From positions 1-64,000 of the forward strand of contig JBHLLP010000016.1 of the NCBI GenBank assembly GCA_048885525.1: 64,000 bases of DNA, in the 5' to 3' direction. This document shows, piece after piece, positions 40,895 to 52,195 of the stretch. Origin of the DNA: Candidatus Hermodarchaeota archaeon (GTDB lineage Archaea > Asgardarchaeota > Lokiarchaeia > Sigyniarchaeales > SOKP01). Both the position numbers and the translations under genes were made by a program. A model generated the notes under the pieces. The model worked only from the letters and a program-made list of their open reading frames with translations. It made no database searches and had not been told where the DNA came from. Positions within the stretch are counted from its first letter, which is position 1, and each line of letters starts with the position of its first letter.

Positions 40895-41119
40895 TTGCCT
40901 CTCTAGGCGAATTTGCTAGTAATCTTCAAGAAAAGTTTATAACGGTCAATGGTAATATGGGAATTTAGTAAATTGATAATGATAATAATTCTTTAGCAAA
41001 TTACTGATGAATAAAATATAATTTCTTATTTTGAAAAATAATATTAATTTTATTATTAATATTATAATTAATACATAAAATCTTCTAATACTATTAGAAA
41101 GATTAGAACAGGTAGAATC

Positions 41120-41920
41120 ATGTCAAATGAAATCCCGGATAATGTAAAAGATTCTTTAAGATCGATTGGACTTACTGACTATGAGATTTCGATATATCTT
41201 ACCTTGATAAGCAAAGGACCTATGGATGCTAGAGAACTTTCTGAAGCCTCAGGAGTACCATATTCAAGAATTTATAATATTCTTACTCAACTTGAGAAAG
41301 AGAAAATGTGGATAATTAAAGAAGAAGAAAGTAGACCTAGCAGGTATTTTGCTAAAAGCCCAGATGAGGCATTAATTATAGCTAAGAAGCAATATAATAC
41401 AAATTTTGATGGTCATTCTAATAAAATTATTCATACTTTAACTCCAATTTACCAATCTCATGATACTCCTATTAAGATAGCTTTGTACATTCATCGTGGA
41501 AGGGATGTATGCATTAATAAAGCTTTATCATTGATCAATTTAGCAAGAACATCAATTTATCTAGTTTCTACTAAATATGAATTTCTTGAAGTATTTTATG
41601 ATGATATAAAAAAAGCAAGAGCACGAGGTGTCACTGATTTGCGACTTTTAGTAGAAGCGGAAGCATTTGAAGATAAAAAATTTCGAAATATGATTAAAAA
41701 ATATAATTCTCTATGCGAAATAAGATGGAGAGACCAAATATTCGGAAGCGCAGTGATAATAGATGAAGGAGAAGATGCGTTTATTGTACTTTCTGAGAGC
41801 TTTTTTCCCAAAAAAATGTCCTATTTTGGAGTTTTAACTGATCACGTGGCTTTTGGGCCCGCTTCCTTGTATTACTTCGATTATCTTTATAAATCAGCAA
41901 AAGAAGCGGATCTCGATTAG
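41120..41920 (+). CDS. TrmB family transcriptional regulator
   Basis: GLTDYE..IY..L...G...A.ELSE.SGVP.SRIY.IL; RP..Y.A..P. Confidence 0.92.
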   Translation: MSNEIPDNVKDSLRSIGLTDYEISIYLTLISKGPMDARELSEASGVPYSRIYNILTQLEKEKMWIIKEEESRPSRYFAKSPDEALIIAKKQYNTNFDGHSNKIIHTLTPIYQSHDTPIKIALYIHRGRDVCINKALSLINLARTSIYLVSTKYEFLEVFYDDIKKARARGVTDLRLLVEAEAFEDKKFRNMIKKYNSLCEIRWRDQIFGSAVIIDEGEDAFIVLSESFFPKKMSYFGVLTDHVAFGPASLYYFDYLYKSAKEADLD

Positions 41921-41989
41921 ACTTTTCGAAACTTTCTTTTTAAAGTGTAATCTTATTCTTTAATTAAAAATTTTTAAAAAGCAAAATTT

Positions 41990-42244
41990 TCACCATTTAA
42001 TAGTTATTGCATGTTCTGGACAGATATCAATGCATTTAAAACAACGTGTACAAACCGATGGCCAAATTGCTGTAATCTTCCAATGTTGTGGATCATATAT
42101 ATTTTCTTCTTTAAATTTTAAATCCTCATGTCTTAAAAACACACAAGGATCACAGACATTAAGACATTTTGCGCAATCTCTCGGATCAACATTGCCATTA
42201 GGACCACATTTCGAATAATCAATTCTTATTTTTGTTCTACCCAT
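41990..42244 (-). CDS. 4Fe-4S ferredoxin-like protein
   Basis: C..C...C and CTRCFKCIDICP motifs. Confidence 0.85.
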   Translation of the reverse strand: MGRTKIRIDYSKCGPNGNVDPRDCAKCLNVCDPCVFLRHEDLKFKEENIYDPQHWKITAIWPSVCTRCFKCIDICPEHAITIKW

Positions 42245-42252
42245 AAAACCAC

Positions 42253-43122
42253 CTAAAAATGTCCATTGAATCCATGAAATTCTTGTCTTGGTATTAGTTT
42301 TAGAGCGTCATGTTTACAAGCATGACGGCACACTCCACATCCAAAACATTTATTGTAATCAATTATAACCCTCTTAATAGATGGAATATAACGTATAGCA
42401 TTCCATTGGCACATAGATACACAAGTCTTACAACCTTGACAATTATCCTGATTTAAATCAATTATATACTCTGCTTTAGACATGATCATAAGATCAAAGT
42501 CATTTCTTAAACGTAAAGCACCACATTCAGGACTTTCACAATTACAAATCGCATTAATATATGGAAAAGGTTGATACCAAACCGTAGCTACTAATCCATT
42601 CTTATTATGTTGCCCCATCCTCTCTACAGCTTCTTCTCTGGATATTCTATGTGTCCTCTCTTTTGGAATAAACCTTGGAAGTTTTTCCAAAACTTCAGAA
42701 AGTACTCCAAAATTAATACAAGATTGATAATTAATGCTACGTTGCATCTTACGACACATACAATATGTTTCAACAATAGGTTCAGCTGCTAGTTCAGAAA
42801 GAATAATCTGAGCATCTTCCATAGGAATAACCTGTCCAATATGACCATCCGCTCTTATAGGATTCGGATGTCTAATAGTCCCATGTATCATTCGTTCAAC
42901 GCTCCATCGAAGTATTTTTCCTATTATTGGCATTTTTAATTTGTAACCCAAACCTTTTGAAGACATTCCGGCAATTTTACGGATGTATACCGCTTCAAAA
43001 TTCATCCACTGCTCAGTTAAATAATCTTTAAGATTTCTTTCATCAGCAAGCTGGTTTGAATATTTTTTTGCATTCATATACCATTTTTTGCCTATTCCAT
43101 GTTTCATACACCATTTGCACAT
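42253..43122 (-). CDS. 4Fe-4S binding protein
   Basis: CMCR, ICNC...C, and two C-terminal CxxCxxCxxxC motifs. Confidence 0.88.
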   Translation of the reverse strand: MCKWCMKHGIGKKWYMNAKKYSNQLADERNLKDYLTEQWMNFEAVYIRKIAGMSSKGLGYKLKMPIIGKILRWSVERMIHGTIRHPNPIRADGHIGQVIPMEDAQIILSELAAEPIVETYCMCRKMQRSINYQSCINFGVLSEVLEKLPRFIPKERTHRISREEAVERMGQHNKNGLVATVWYQPFPYINAICNCESPECGALRLRNDFDLMIMSKAEYIIDLNQDNCQGCKTCVSMCQWNAIRYIPSIKRVIIDYNKCFGCGVCRHACKHDALKLIPRQEFHGFNGHF

Positions 43123-43423
43123 TTCTATTTTCCCCTTAACTTCTTATCATATTCAAATAATTTAGTATAGATTAAATGTAAAATAATATAAAACTTTTAA
43201 TTTTAAAATTTCATTTAGGAAGTCCAAAAAGTTCTCAAATGTTCCATCATCCCCGACCCTATTTCACCTGTATTTAAATTTTTCATAAATACCATCTGTT
43301 CAAAAATTTTAGTATATCTACCTAAAAATAGAAGATTATATACTCTATATTTTACAAAATAGACCGATTACAACTTTAAATGAAAGAAAAATGGATAGAA
43401 TTTAAAAAAAGATAAAAAATTGA

Positions 43424-43876
43424 TTATTTTAAAAAAGTTCGCTTTCCTAAATAAATGAAAAGCTCAGATAATTCAAAAAGCGTTAAAGGCATTATTAATT
43501 GAGCCATACTTGTACGAAGTTCTTCTTTATCCTTACCTGCGAGCATTAACTTTCTAATGTCTTCGACGTAATCATCCATGTTCAAAAATAATATCTCAAT
43601 TTTATCTACTCCCGTTAGTTCTTCTATATCTTTATCTAAATGTTCTTCAACATCATTAAGTAATCCTAATTTTAACTTGGGGTTTAAATCATACTTTTTT
43701 ATAAGGCGATTCATTTCTTCAATGATAATGTTTAAACTTAAATTCCAATCTGCATTTTCCTTATATTTTGGAATCAATATTTCACTAATTATTAGCTCAT
43801 AAAGAGTAGTTGGTGCTTTTTTATCAAAATCTATTTCTGTACCTGTACTTAATTGGATCTTTTTTATATCTGACAT
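43424..43876 (-). CDS. Hypothetical protein
   Basis: 150-aa helical ORF. Confidence 0.65.
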   Translation of the reverse strand: MSDIKKIQLSTGTEIDFDKKAPTTLYELIISEILIPKYKENADWNLSLNIIIEEMNRLIKKYDLNPKLKLGLLNDVEEHLDKDIEELTGVDKIEILFLNMDDYVEDIRKLMLAGKDKEELRTSMAQLIMPLTLFELSELFIYLGKRTFLK

Positions 43877-44123
43877 TTAAATTTTCAACTTAATTGAATA
43901 ATTTTGTTAATCCTTATTAATTAATGGACTTAGCAATAATAAATATTTTTATTCTTCAATATACTAATAAATAAAAAATGGTAAAAACATTTTCTTCTTA
44001 TTTTTAACAATTTAAACTATTATTCCCAATAAAATAGATTTTTTTAAATAGAGTTTTTGCAAAATCTAATCAAGCATATTAATTTTAATAAAATTAATTA
44101 AAAATTATTTAATGATTTGAAAT

Positions 44124-45263
44124 ATGAATAAATTTGAAAAAGCACAGCAAATTCTTCAAGATGAAGATTTAGATGCGTGGCTAATAATTGGATATGAACG
44201 TAATGATATAAACTCCCCTTTCATGCTTGGTGTTGAAGCCCCTTCTCTCCATTGTATCTATATATCTGCAAGTGGAGATCATCATATAATTGCCGTCGAG
44301 ATGGAAGCTAACATGATCAAACAAACGCTTGATAAAAAGGGAGTTAAAGCGAAGGTATCTTCTTATGCAAGTGATGAAGAGTTCATTTCTTTACTCAAGT
44401 CAACAGTTACTAAACCAAGAATAGCATTAAATTATGGAGAAAATCTCTTTACACAAGAAAGTACAAAATATGCTGACTTTCTTCCCACCGGTCAATTTTT
44501 TGCTTTAAAAAAGTTCATACCCAAAACTGGATTCTTTTCAGCAGCTCCGATTATTTATAGATTAAGGAGTATAAAATCCAAAGAAGAACAAAAAGACTTA
44601 CGAACTGCATGCAAAGCCACAATTGAAATTTTAGAGACAATACCTGATATTGTAAAACTTGGAATGACTGAAAACGAAATTAAAGCAGAAATTGAATATA
44701 GGTATTTAAAAATAGGAAAACCATTATTCCCCACGATTGTAGGAACAGGAGCTCATTCCGCTGACCCACATCATAATACTTCTAATAAAAAAATCGAACC
44801 AGGTCCATTACTAATCGACTCTGGACTGATTCTTGATGAAATTGGTTCTGATATTACTTGGACTTTCTGGGTTGGTAAGAATCCTTCAAAAGAGTTTATA
44901 GATGCTTATGAAGTTCTCTATGAATCAAAAGAAGTTGCTAATAAATATTATACTGATGGAACTCTAAGTATTTTACCTGCTCAAAAATGCCGTGAATATT
45001 TAGCGGAAAAAGGTTTTGACCATAAAAAACTCTTCATTCATGGATTAGGCCATGCTTTAGGTTTTGTTCCTCACGATGTTGGTCCAAGAATTAACATGTC
45101 AGCATCAGTAGATTCCATTCTTAAAGAGAATATGATCTATACAAATGAACCAGGATTTTATTGGACCGGAAAATGGGGAATTCGGCTAGAAGATGATATT
45201 ATTATAGGGAAAGAAAAATGTGAACAAGTCACTTACAATCCTAAAGATCCAATTGTGATTTAA
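44124..45263 (+). CDS. M24 Xaa-Pro peptidase
   Basis: PHH, D.G....SDIT.T, HGLGH..G...HD, EPG.Y..G.WGIRLEDD. Confidence 0.93.
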   Translation: MNKFEKAQQILQDEDLDAWLIIGYERNDINSPFMLGVEAPSLHCIYISASGDHHIIAVEMEANMIKQTLDKKGVKAKVSSYASDEEFISLLKSTVTKPRIALNYGENLFTQESTKYADFLPTGQFFALKKFIPKTGFFSAAPIIYRLRSIKSKEEQKDLRTACKATIEILETIPDIVKLGMTENEIKAEIEYRYLKIGKPLFPTIVGTGAHSADPHHNTSNKKIEPGPLLIDSGLILDEIGSDITWTFWVGKNPSKEFIDAYEVLYESKEVANKYYTDGTLSILPAQKCREYLAEKGFDHKKLFIHGLGHALGFVPHDVGPRINMSASVDSILKENMIYTNEPGFYWTGKWGIRLEDDIIIGKEKCEQVTYNPKDPIVI

Positions 45264-45371
45264 TAACAATTATTCTTGCTTAGGATCTAATCTATTCACA
45301 TATCTTACTTTAAATCTAACATTTCAAAAATATTTTTTATCAATCTTAATAATAACATTATTGATAAATCT

Positions 45372-45884
45372 TTGACAAAACAAAATAAAATAAAAAAATC
45401 ACCACTTTCTCGTCTTAGAGGCGATAAATCACCTAAAGTCAAAGATAATGGAATTTTAAACCGTGATGAAGTAATTAAAAGTTTAAACGGTCGTACTCTT
45501 ATGGTCTATTTTGTTTTGTTAAACAAGAAATCAATTGGAGTACGCGAATTGCAACGTCACTTAGATCTTTCTAGTCCTAGCGTTGCAAAGTATCATCTTG
45601 AGAAATTAGTTAATTTACACCTCATTGAAAATAGAAATGGTATATATCATCTTGATAGAAAAGCTGATTTACCAGTATTAACTTCATGGGTATTAATCGG
45701 CAAAAATCTTCTCCCAAAAGCTATTTTCGTTGCCATATTCTTCACTTTTCTTTTCATTGGGTACTTATTCTTTATTTATTCTAATTGGAATAAAGATAGC
45801 TTATTTGTTATATTGTTTGGTGTTGCCATTATTGTTTATGTTTGGTTGGATGTGATTTTTCAATTCAAACGTAAACCAATATAA
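45372..45884 (+). CDS. Membrane-anchored winged-HTH regulator
   Basis: GVRELQRHL.LSSPSVAKYHLEKL followed by two TM helices. Confidence 0.82.
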   Translation: MTKQNKIKKSPLSRLRGDKSPKVKDNGILNRDEVIKSLNGRTLMVYFVLLNKKSIGVRELQRHLDLSSPSVAKYHLEKLVNLHLIENRNGIYHLDRKADLPVLTSWVLIGKNLLPKAIFVAIFFTFLFIGYLFFIYSNWNKDSLFVILFGVAIIVYVWLDVIFQFKRKPI

Positions 45885-45915
45885 AGCTCTGATTTATTTT
45901 CTTTGAAATTTTTGA

Positions 45916-45944
45916 AGTGTTCTACAAAATAAAACAGTGTTCTA
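45916..45944 (+). promoter_or_regulatory. Direct repeat AGTGTTCTA x2 (20-bp period) upstream of the A2M gene
   Basis: Copies at 45916-45924 and 45936-45944, directly before an AT-rich TATA-like region. Confidence 0.45.
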
Positions 45945-46007
45945 AACTTTAGTATAATAAGTTTAGGTATTATAAAGTGACATATAAGATGATTTCATTA
46001 TAGGAGA

Positions 46008-49000
46008 ATGAAAATGAAAAGACGAATAAAGGGATCGGTTTTTTTATTGTTGATTTGTATTCAATTCATGCTATTAGGTTTTAGTGTAATGGGCTTCAAT
46101 CCCTTAAATATTGATGATCCAGAAGAAGAGGGTGAAAAATTGAATGATGGTACATCACACTCATCTCCTTATTATTTTCCTATTAATAAGTCATCCCCTT
46201 TAATGACAGAAGAGTATTTAGGTAATGATTTAAATAACAGTCCCAAAATGGCTTATAATTATTATTATAATGATTATGTTCTTACACTTAATCTTGATAA
46301 GTATGTTCTTACTCCTTCTGAAAATCTTGCAATTAATTTAGGTTTAACCTGCAATTTAACGGCTTCACCGGGAAAAGTAATTTCGGTCGAAGTTTATCAG
46401 GGATTCTACCGGAATTATTATTATTATTACCCATATTATTATGAGACTAAAATACCAATTTATAAAGAAAATCATACAACTAATTCTAATGGTCAAGTTT
46501 ATATTTATTTCGAATCCTTCTTTTCAGAAGGAATTTATACAGTTTGCGCTTATTCTGAAGGCTATCGAACTTATAAGGAATTTACAGTAGGAGAAGTTGG
46601 CATTTTTTATAAAGGGCCACGATATTATAAGGCAAATCAAATTTATACTGCTGCCGTTCATGTAGTTAACCTAACGGGTTTCTCTGGTATCCCATTTGCT
46701 GATTTTAATTATACTATTTCTTATTATGATTATTCCTGTACAAATTGGTATATTTTAACCACAGATCAAGGTCAAACTGATGATTCTGGATACAGTATAT
46801 TTAATACAAATATTCCTTTAGAGTTGGATGATTATCATTTACTTAGATTGACAATATGTACAATCGATGGAAAAGCCGAATTCCAAACCTTTTTGTATGA
46901 ATCTTGGGATTATTACTATTATTGTTTGTGGGGAGGACAACAAAAGACAAGTCAAGAAAGATTTCAATATATCGTAACAACGGATAAAACAATCTACAGC
47001 CCCGGTGATTCTATATTTCTAAGAGTTTTAGTGTTAGAATATTCATTTATGAATGAAACTAAAACTCTAATGCAAAATATCCCAATTTCTTTAATTATCT
47101 ATAATCCAGATGAATTTGCGGTTTTTTGGGCAACACTTACCACTGATGAATATGGTATATTAACCTTTACTTTTCCTTTAGATGAAGATTGTGAACTAGG
47201 CTCTTATGGATTTGAATTTAGTCAATCAGGTGAAAAATTTAGATATAATGTTAAGGTAGATCATTATGTTAAACCAGTTTTCAGAGTAAAAATTGATACA
47301 AATGGAAAAGATTTTTATCCTTATAACGAAAAATCGTTTGAAGGCTTTGTTTTTGTTTCATATTATTTTGGCCAACCAGTGGTAGGAGCCTCTGTAAATC
47401 TTACAATTTTTAACTATTGGGGAGAACTAAAATACACAATAGAGGGATTTACTAATAGTGAAGGACGATTTTACTTTTCAATTTCTTTAAGTTCAATAAG
47501 AGATTTGGAATATTCTTTTAGTGTAGAAGCGATTGTAATAGACATTTATGGAAGGAGTGCATCTACAAAAAAAATATATACTCGTATTGATGAATTATTC
47601 GCATATGGTTACTTAACTAACTGGGCACCTCATCCTGCTGAAACCTTAGAATATTATTTTTATGTATACCAATACGTAATGTCAGAGGATCTATACGGTT
47701 ATGGATATTGGTATTGGCAATATAACCCTTTATCTAACGTCCCAGTAGATATTGAGGTTTTTGGAATAAAAGACTATCCGATATACTCGTTAATAATAAA
47801 AGATAGAACATTGCTTGCGACCTATTCTAAATTCACTAATAAATTTGGAGCTGGTAACTTAGAATTTAAATTACCAATAGAACAAATTAAACTTTATGAT
47901 TTTTATGAAATCCGATTATCAGTTAACCTCGAAGATGGCCGATCTACCACATCCTCTTATTATTTCCGCTATAAAAAATATAGTTTAGATATTAATATTA
48001 TTGACTCCTCTTTGGATCTGGGTAATACCCTTGAATTCGATGTTACTTTTAAAGATATTCTAAGAGACTCCCCTTGTACAGGAGAAGGGAGAATTTATAT
48101 TTACGATTCAAATTATCAATTAATAGGACGAGTAAGTGACATAATTTCAGGGAGTAAGACTTATTATTTTGACATCCCGAATTTTTATCCTGAAGGTAAA
48201 TATTATATATATTCCTATGTTTATTCACGTTCTAATGATTACTATGGGGGATATAGTTATCATTCTGCTCATGAATTTTTTAGAGTGGGTAATTACCATA
48301 CAATATCATTTATAACTAATTACACTAGTACTGGAACTTATTACGACGAAATTACTGTTCAAATTGATGATACAATTGAAATTAATGGCTTCTCAAATGT
48401 ATCAACCAATTTACCAGTTTATCTTGAAATATACAAGCGTGGCCTTCTTTTCTCAATTCCATTGGAAATATATAACAACAGTTTTAATTATACATTTCCT
48501 GTGAATGCAGATTTAGCTCCTAAGTTTACAATAATTGTATATTCGATTTCCGAATTTGGTAAATTATATGAAAGTATTCTTGTTGTTCAAGTTGATTATT
48601 CTTATGACATAAGCTTATCAACTGATAAAGAAGTTTATGAGCCTGGAGATTTAATAACTTTAACTATTACTCCATCAGCTAACATTACATCAGTTTTAGC
48701 ACTTTCTTTTATTGATAGTGCCGTATTAGATGTAGAACAAGAAGATGATTCAGAATTAGCCTATTTTACAATGAATGTTTATTCAGCTTATATAAGATCA
48801 GGAAGTTCATGGGGTTCTGGTTTTGGTGCTGAAAGTTATTGGTGGTTCGGTTATGGGATCCCCACAGGAGGGGTTTATTATTTAGCAGTTGAAGAACCGA
48901 TTCCTTACCCAGAATATTATTATATTATGTTCACAGAAGAAGATCTGGGAGGTTTTACACGCGATATACCTTCTTTTGATGAGTTACTATCTAGTTTTGA

Positions 49001-52000
49001 TGTCGAAATCCGGAAAAATATTACAGAATCTGCAAATTGGATACCAAGATTGATCATTTCGGAACCTACAAATATTACATTCAAACTGCCAGACAATATT
49101 GGTGAATGGACTATTAGGGCTGTGTGTAATAACATATTAGAGGATTCTACCAAAATTGTGTTATGGGGAGAAATAGAAACAAGGCAAATTAAAACTTTTT
49201 TACCATTTTTCGTTGAATTTGATATACCTCAACCAGTAGTTCAAGATGACATTCTAAGTGTAAAGGGTTATATTTATAATTATATTGGAACTGATGTTTA
49301 TGCAACTGTAGCTATTGATGCCCCTGACCTTGTTATATTAAATAAAGATGTACAAGAATTATTTATTCCAAATAATTTTGTCTCAGAAGTAGAGTTTTCT
49401 GTATATTGTACAGAGCCTTATTTGCATAATATTACACTTTTGGCCGCTACGGAAGTTTCTGAAATAATGTATTCAGATGCAAAGCAACTAACTATCTATA
49501 TAAAACCGAATGGCATTGAAGTAATAAATAGAACTATTGGATTTTTAAATGCTAGTGATGGCTCTTTGCTTCTACATTACTCACTAGATCCACTCGCAAT
49601 TTACCATAAAGAAACATTAGCACTCTATACTGATTTAATGGATATTTCAATTGATAGCTGGCAATCTTTAATAGGTTATCCTTATGGTTGTATAGAGCAA
49701 ACAATATCCAAAACACTCCCAACAGCCTTGATATTTCACTATTTAAATCAAACAGAACAGCTTACAACAAGTCTGAATCTAGAGATGACTTTAATGATAT
49801 TAGAAGGCCTCCATCGAATTTATAATTTCCAGCATAGTGATGGAGGTTGGGGTTGGTGGAGAGATGATAATTCAAAAATTTTAATGACATCTATAGTGAT
49901 ATCAGCTTTAAACCAAATTCAAGAAGTTGGTTTTCCAGTTAATCCAATTATATTACAAAAAGGCATTGATTATTTAATCGCACATCAATATCCCAATGGT
50001 GCTTGGGATTTTCAAGAATATTCTTCAAATACTTTAGAAGCAACAGCATTTATTCTTAATGCATTAATGAATTCTGATAATATCACTACTGAAATGGATG
50101 TAGCTATCAGTAAAGCTGTAAACGAGTTCCAGATTATATGGAACACTCAAGATATGAAGAGTAGCTATGCTGCTTCTTTATTTTATATCGCAGTATTAGG
50201 AACCCTTTATGAAAATAACACATTTACTAGTGACTTAATTAATTTTATCAAGATTGATAAAAAAGTAGAAGGTGAAATGATATTTTGGGATTCTGATTCT
50301 AATAATATGTGGTATTGGCGAAAGTTAGGTCACATTGTAGAGATAACGTCTTATGCTGTATGGGCTCTTGCTCTTGAAGATTATATGGGAAATTATGCCC
50401 TAATCCAAAGAGCCGTACGATATTTATTGAATCGACGTAACCGTTGGGGATGGGGGTCAACTGCTGATACGGCAGCAGCAATCACTGGGTTAACAGCAAT
50501 TAAAGCTATTATGTTTACTGAAGAAATTATAGACTTCAATGGAACAATTTCTATTATAATTAATAATAATGAACCTCCACAATATGAGTTAAACTGTACA
50601 GAAAATAGCAATAACCCAGATGAAATTCAATTAACTCTTAGTGATTTCATGACAGAAGATATTAATACAATAAATATTTCTTTGAATGGATTGGGCCAAA
50701 TTTGCTACATTTTTGAAAGTATACAGATTTTACGATCAAATCCAAGAATCGAAATTCCCGAGATAATCGAAGTTTCTAAAAATGAACATTTTTACATACC
50801 CGTTAAATATTCAGAAATTGATAGCAGGATGCCAATCGCAGACACTACAATATCATTACTTAATGTTCCTCTAAACTTACAGGATCCTGAAGCTAATTAC
50901 ACTATTTATCCACCAGGCTTAATTAACGGAAGTGAGATTTTCTTTACTTTAATTGCTCCAAATATAGAAGGTGATTACATAATAGATGGTGTTTCCACTT
51001 TAGGATTTGTTCAATATATTGATTCGCATAATTCTTCAAGGTATCAACTTTTTCAACGTACAGTTGGACCCATCAATATTAAAGTAGGAACACAATCACA
51101 ATCATTAAATCCTGTAATTAAAATATACAATAGTTCAACAATACAAGTTTCTGAAACTCTAACTCTTAAAAAGCAAGTTTCTAAACAAGATTTTCTTATT
51201 CCCGGAGAAATTATTTCTATTACATTAAGAATTTCAAATGATGGAGATCTACGCCAATTTTATGTTCTTGAAGACCATTTACCAACTGGAACAATATTTT
51301 TAACTGATTCAGTCGAAATTTCAGGAGATTATGCCGAATCGGAAATTACATATGATCTTTTCTCATCAGGTGTTCACTTCTTTTTTCCAATGTTGGCTAA
51401 AGGAATTACTGAAATTACTTATCAACTTCAAGTTAATAATGTAAAAAATTCATACGCAGGGCAATGCAAATTATGGGGTATGTATGATGATTTTGCTATT
51501 ACTGCCACTTCAGTTGTGTTTGAAAACGTTCCGCGAAAATATCATACTAATCATTCTATTTACCAAGATTTATTACTTCCCTCTATATTTAATCTAGGTA
51601 TCAAAGAAAATACTAATACACCTTATAAAAAACTTTTAATTAATTTGGACGCGATTGATAATAATGAAATTAGTAAAATTCGGATAGTATTCTTGCAAAA
51701 CTCTGGTTGGAGGGCTCAAACTTATTATTCAATAAGAAATCAGAGTCATTTCTCAATTATTGTATCCGATATTAAAAATATTAATTCCATTGTGAAAATT
51801 TATTTAGAAGTTTCAGACATTTATGGTAATGTAGCCACCTCAAATTTAAAATCAGTAATAATCCATGCTTATGAACTTATTCCTTACATTATTATAGGAA
51901 TAATTATAGGTTTTTCAGTAGGATTAGCGAGTATATCTTCGATACTCTTTAAAAAATATGAAGAAAAAAAGCGAAACATCCCAGATGCGAGAATTGAAGA

Positions 52001-52034
52001 TAGAAATATTTCTTTTTTAAGTGAATCTGAGTAA
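46008..52034 (+). CDS. Alpha-2-macroglobulin family thioester protein, membrane anchored
   Basis: TDKTIYSPGD (MG2), LPDNIGEW.IRA, YPYGCIEQ thioester (49686-49700), FQHSDGGWGWW, WGSTADT; N-terminal signal/TM and C-terminal TM. Confidence 0.93.
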   Translation: MKMKRRIKGSVFLLLICIQFMLLGFSVMGFNPLNIDDPEEEGEKLNDGTSHSSPYYFPINKSSPLMTEEYLGNDLNNSPKMAYNYYYNDYVLTLNLDKYVLTPSENLAINLGLTCNLTASPGKVISVEVYQGFYRNYYYYYPYYYETKIPIYKENHTTNSNGQVYIYFESFFSEGIYTVCAYSEGYRTYKEFTVGEVGIFYKGPRYYKANQIYTAAVHVVNLTGFSGIPFADFNYTISYYDYSCTNWYILTTDQGQTDDSGYSIFNTNIPLELDDYHLLRLTICTIDGKAEFQTFLYESWDYYYYCLWGGQQKTSQERFQYIVTTDKTIYSPGDSIFLRVLVLEYSFMNETKTLMQNIPISLIIYNPDEFAVFWATLTTDEYGILTFTFPLDEDCELGSYGFEFSQSGEKFRYNVKVDHYVKPVFRVKIDTNGKDFYPYNEKSFEGFVFVSYYFGQPVVGASVNLTIFNYWGELKYTIEGFTNSEGRFYFSISLSSIRDLEYSFSVEAIVIDIYGRSASTKKIYTRIDELFAYGYLTNWAPHPAETLEYYFYVYQYVMSEDLYGYGYWYWQYNPLSNVPVDIEVFGIKDYPIYSLIIKDRTLLATYSKFTNKFGAGNLEFKLPIEQIKLYDFYEIRLSVNLEDGRSTTSSYYFRYKKYSLDINIIDSSLDLGNTLEFDVTFKDILRDSPCTGEGRIYIYDSNYQLIGRVSDIISGSKTYYFDIPNFYPEGKYYIYSYVYSRSNDYYGGYSYHSAHEFFRVGNYHTISFITNYTSTGTYYDEITVQIDDTIEINGFSNVSTNLPVYLEIYKRGLLFSIPLEIYNNSFNYTFPVNADLAPKFTIIVYSISEFGKLYESILVVQVDYSYDISLSTDKEVYEPGDLITLTITPSANITSVLALSFIDSAVLDVEQEDDSELAYFTMNVYSAYIRSGSSWGSGFGAESYWWFGYGIPTGGVYYLAVEEPIPYPEYYYIMFTEEDLGGFTRDIPSFDELLSSFDVEIRKNITESANWIPRLIISEPTNITFKLPDNIGEWTIRAVCNNILEDSTKIVLWGEIETRQIKTFLPFFVEFDIPQPVVQDDILSVKGYIYNYIGTDVYATVAIDAPDLVILNKDVQELFIPNNFVSEVEFSVYCTEPYLHNITLLAATEVSEIMYSDAKQLTIYIKPNGIEVINRTIGFLNASDGSLLLHYSLDPLAIYHKETLALYTDLMDISIDSWQSLIGYPYGCIEQTISKTLPTALIFHYLNQTEQLTTSLNLEMTLMILEGLHRIYNFQHSDGGWGWWRDDNSKILMTSIVISALNQIQEVGFPVNPIILQKGIDYLIAHQYPNGAWDFQEYSSNTLEATAFILNALMNSDNITTEMDVAISKAVNEFQIIWNTQDMKSSYAASLFYIAVLGTLYENNTFTSDLINFIKIDKKVEGEMIFWDSDSNNMWYWRKLGHIVEITSYAVWALALEDYMGNYALIQRAVRYLLNRRNRWGWGSTADTAAAITGLTAIKAIMFTEEIIDFNGTISIIINNNEPPQYELNCTENSNNPDEIQLTLSDFMTEDINTINISLNGLGQICYIFESIQILRSNPRIEIPEIIEVSKNEHFYIPVKYSEIDSRMPIADTTISLLNVPLNLQDPEANYTIYPPGLINGSEIFFTLIAPNIEGDYIIDGVSTLGFVQYIDSHNSSRYQLFQRTVGPINIKVGTQSQSLNPVIKIYNSSTIQVSETLTLKKQVSKQDFLIPGEIISITLRISNDGDLRQFYVLEDHLPTGTIFLTDSVEISGDYAESEITYDLFSSGVHFFFPMLAKGITEITYQLQVNNVKNSYAGQCKLWGMYDDFAITATSVVFENVPRKYHTNHSIYQDLLLPSIFNLGIKENTNTPYKKLLINLDAIDNNEISKIRIVFLQNSGWRAQTYYSIRNQSHFSIIVSDIKNINSIVKIYLEVSDIYGNVATSNLKSVIIHAYELIPYIIIGIIIGFSVGLASISSILFKKYEEKKRNIPDARIEDRNISFLSESE

Positions 52035-52195
52035 GACATAGAAAACTAGGAGGACATCAGATTCAGTTTTACAATTATTAAGAGAATAGGAGTTCCTTAA
52101 AATTACCAGCCTTAACATTTATATATAGATAATCCATCTCTTTTCATGACTTAAATCTAAAAAAATTAGGAAGAATATTAAGAATAAGAGGGATT

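Noticed and set aside
43200-43320. Minus-strand fragment DGIYEKFKYR*NRVGDDGTFENFLDFLNEI with an in-frame TGA
   Set aside because: Short, with no start or SECIS and no family recognised; at most a decayed remnant.
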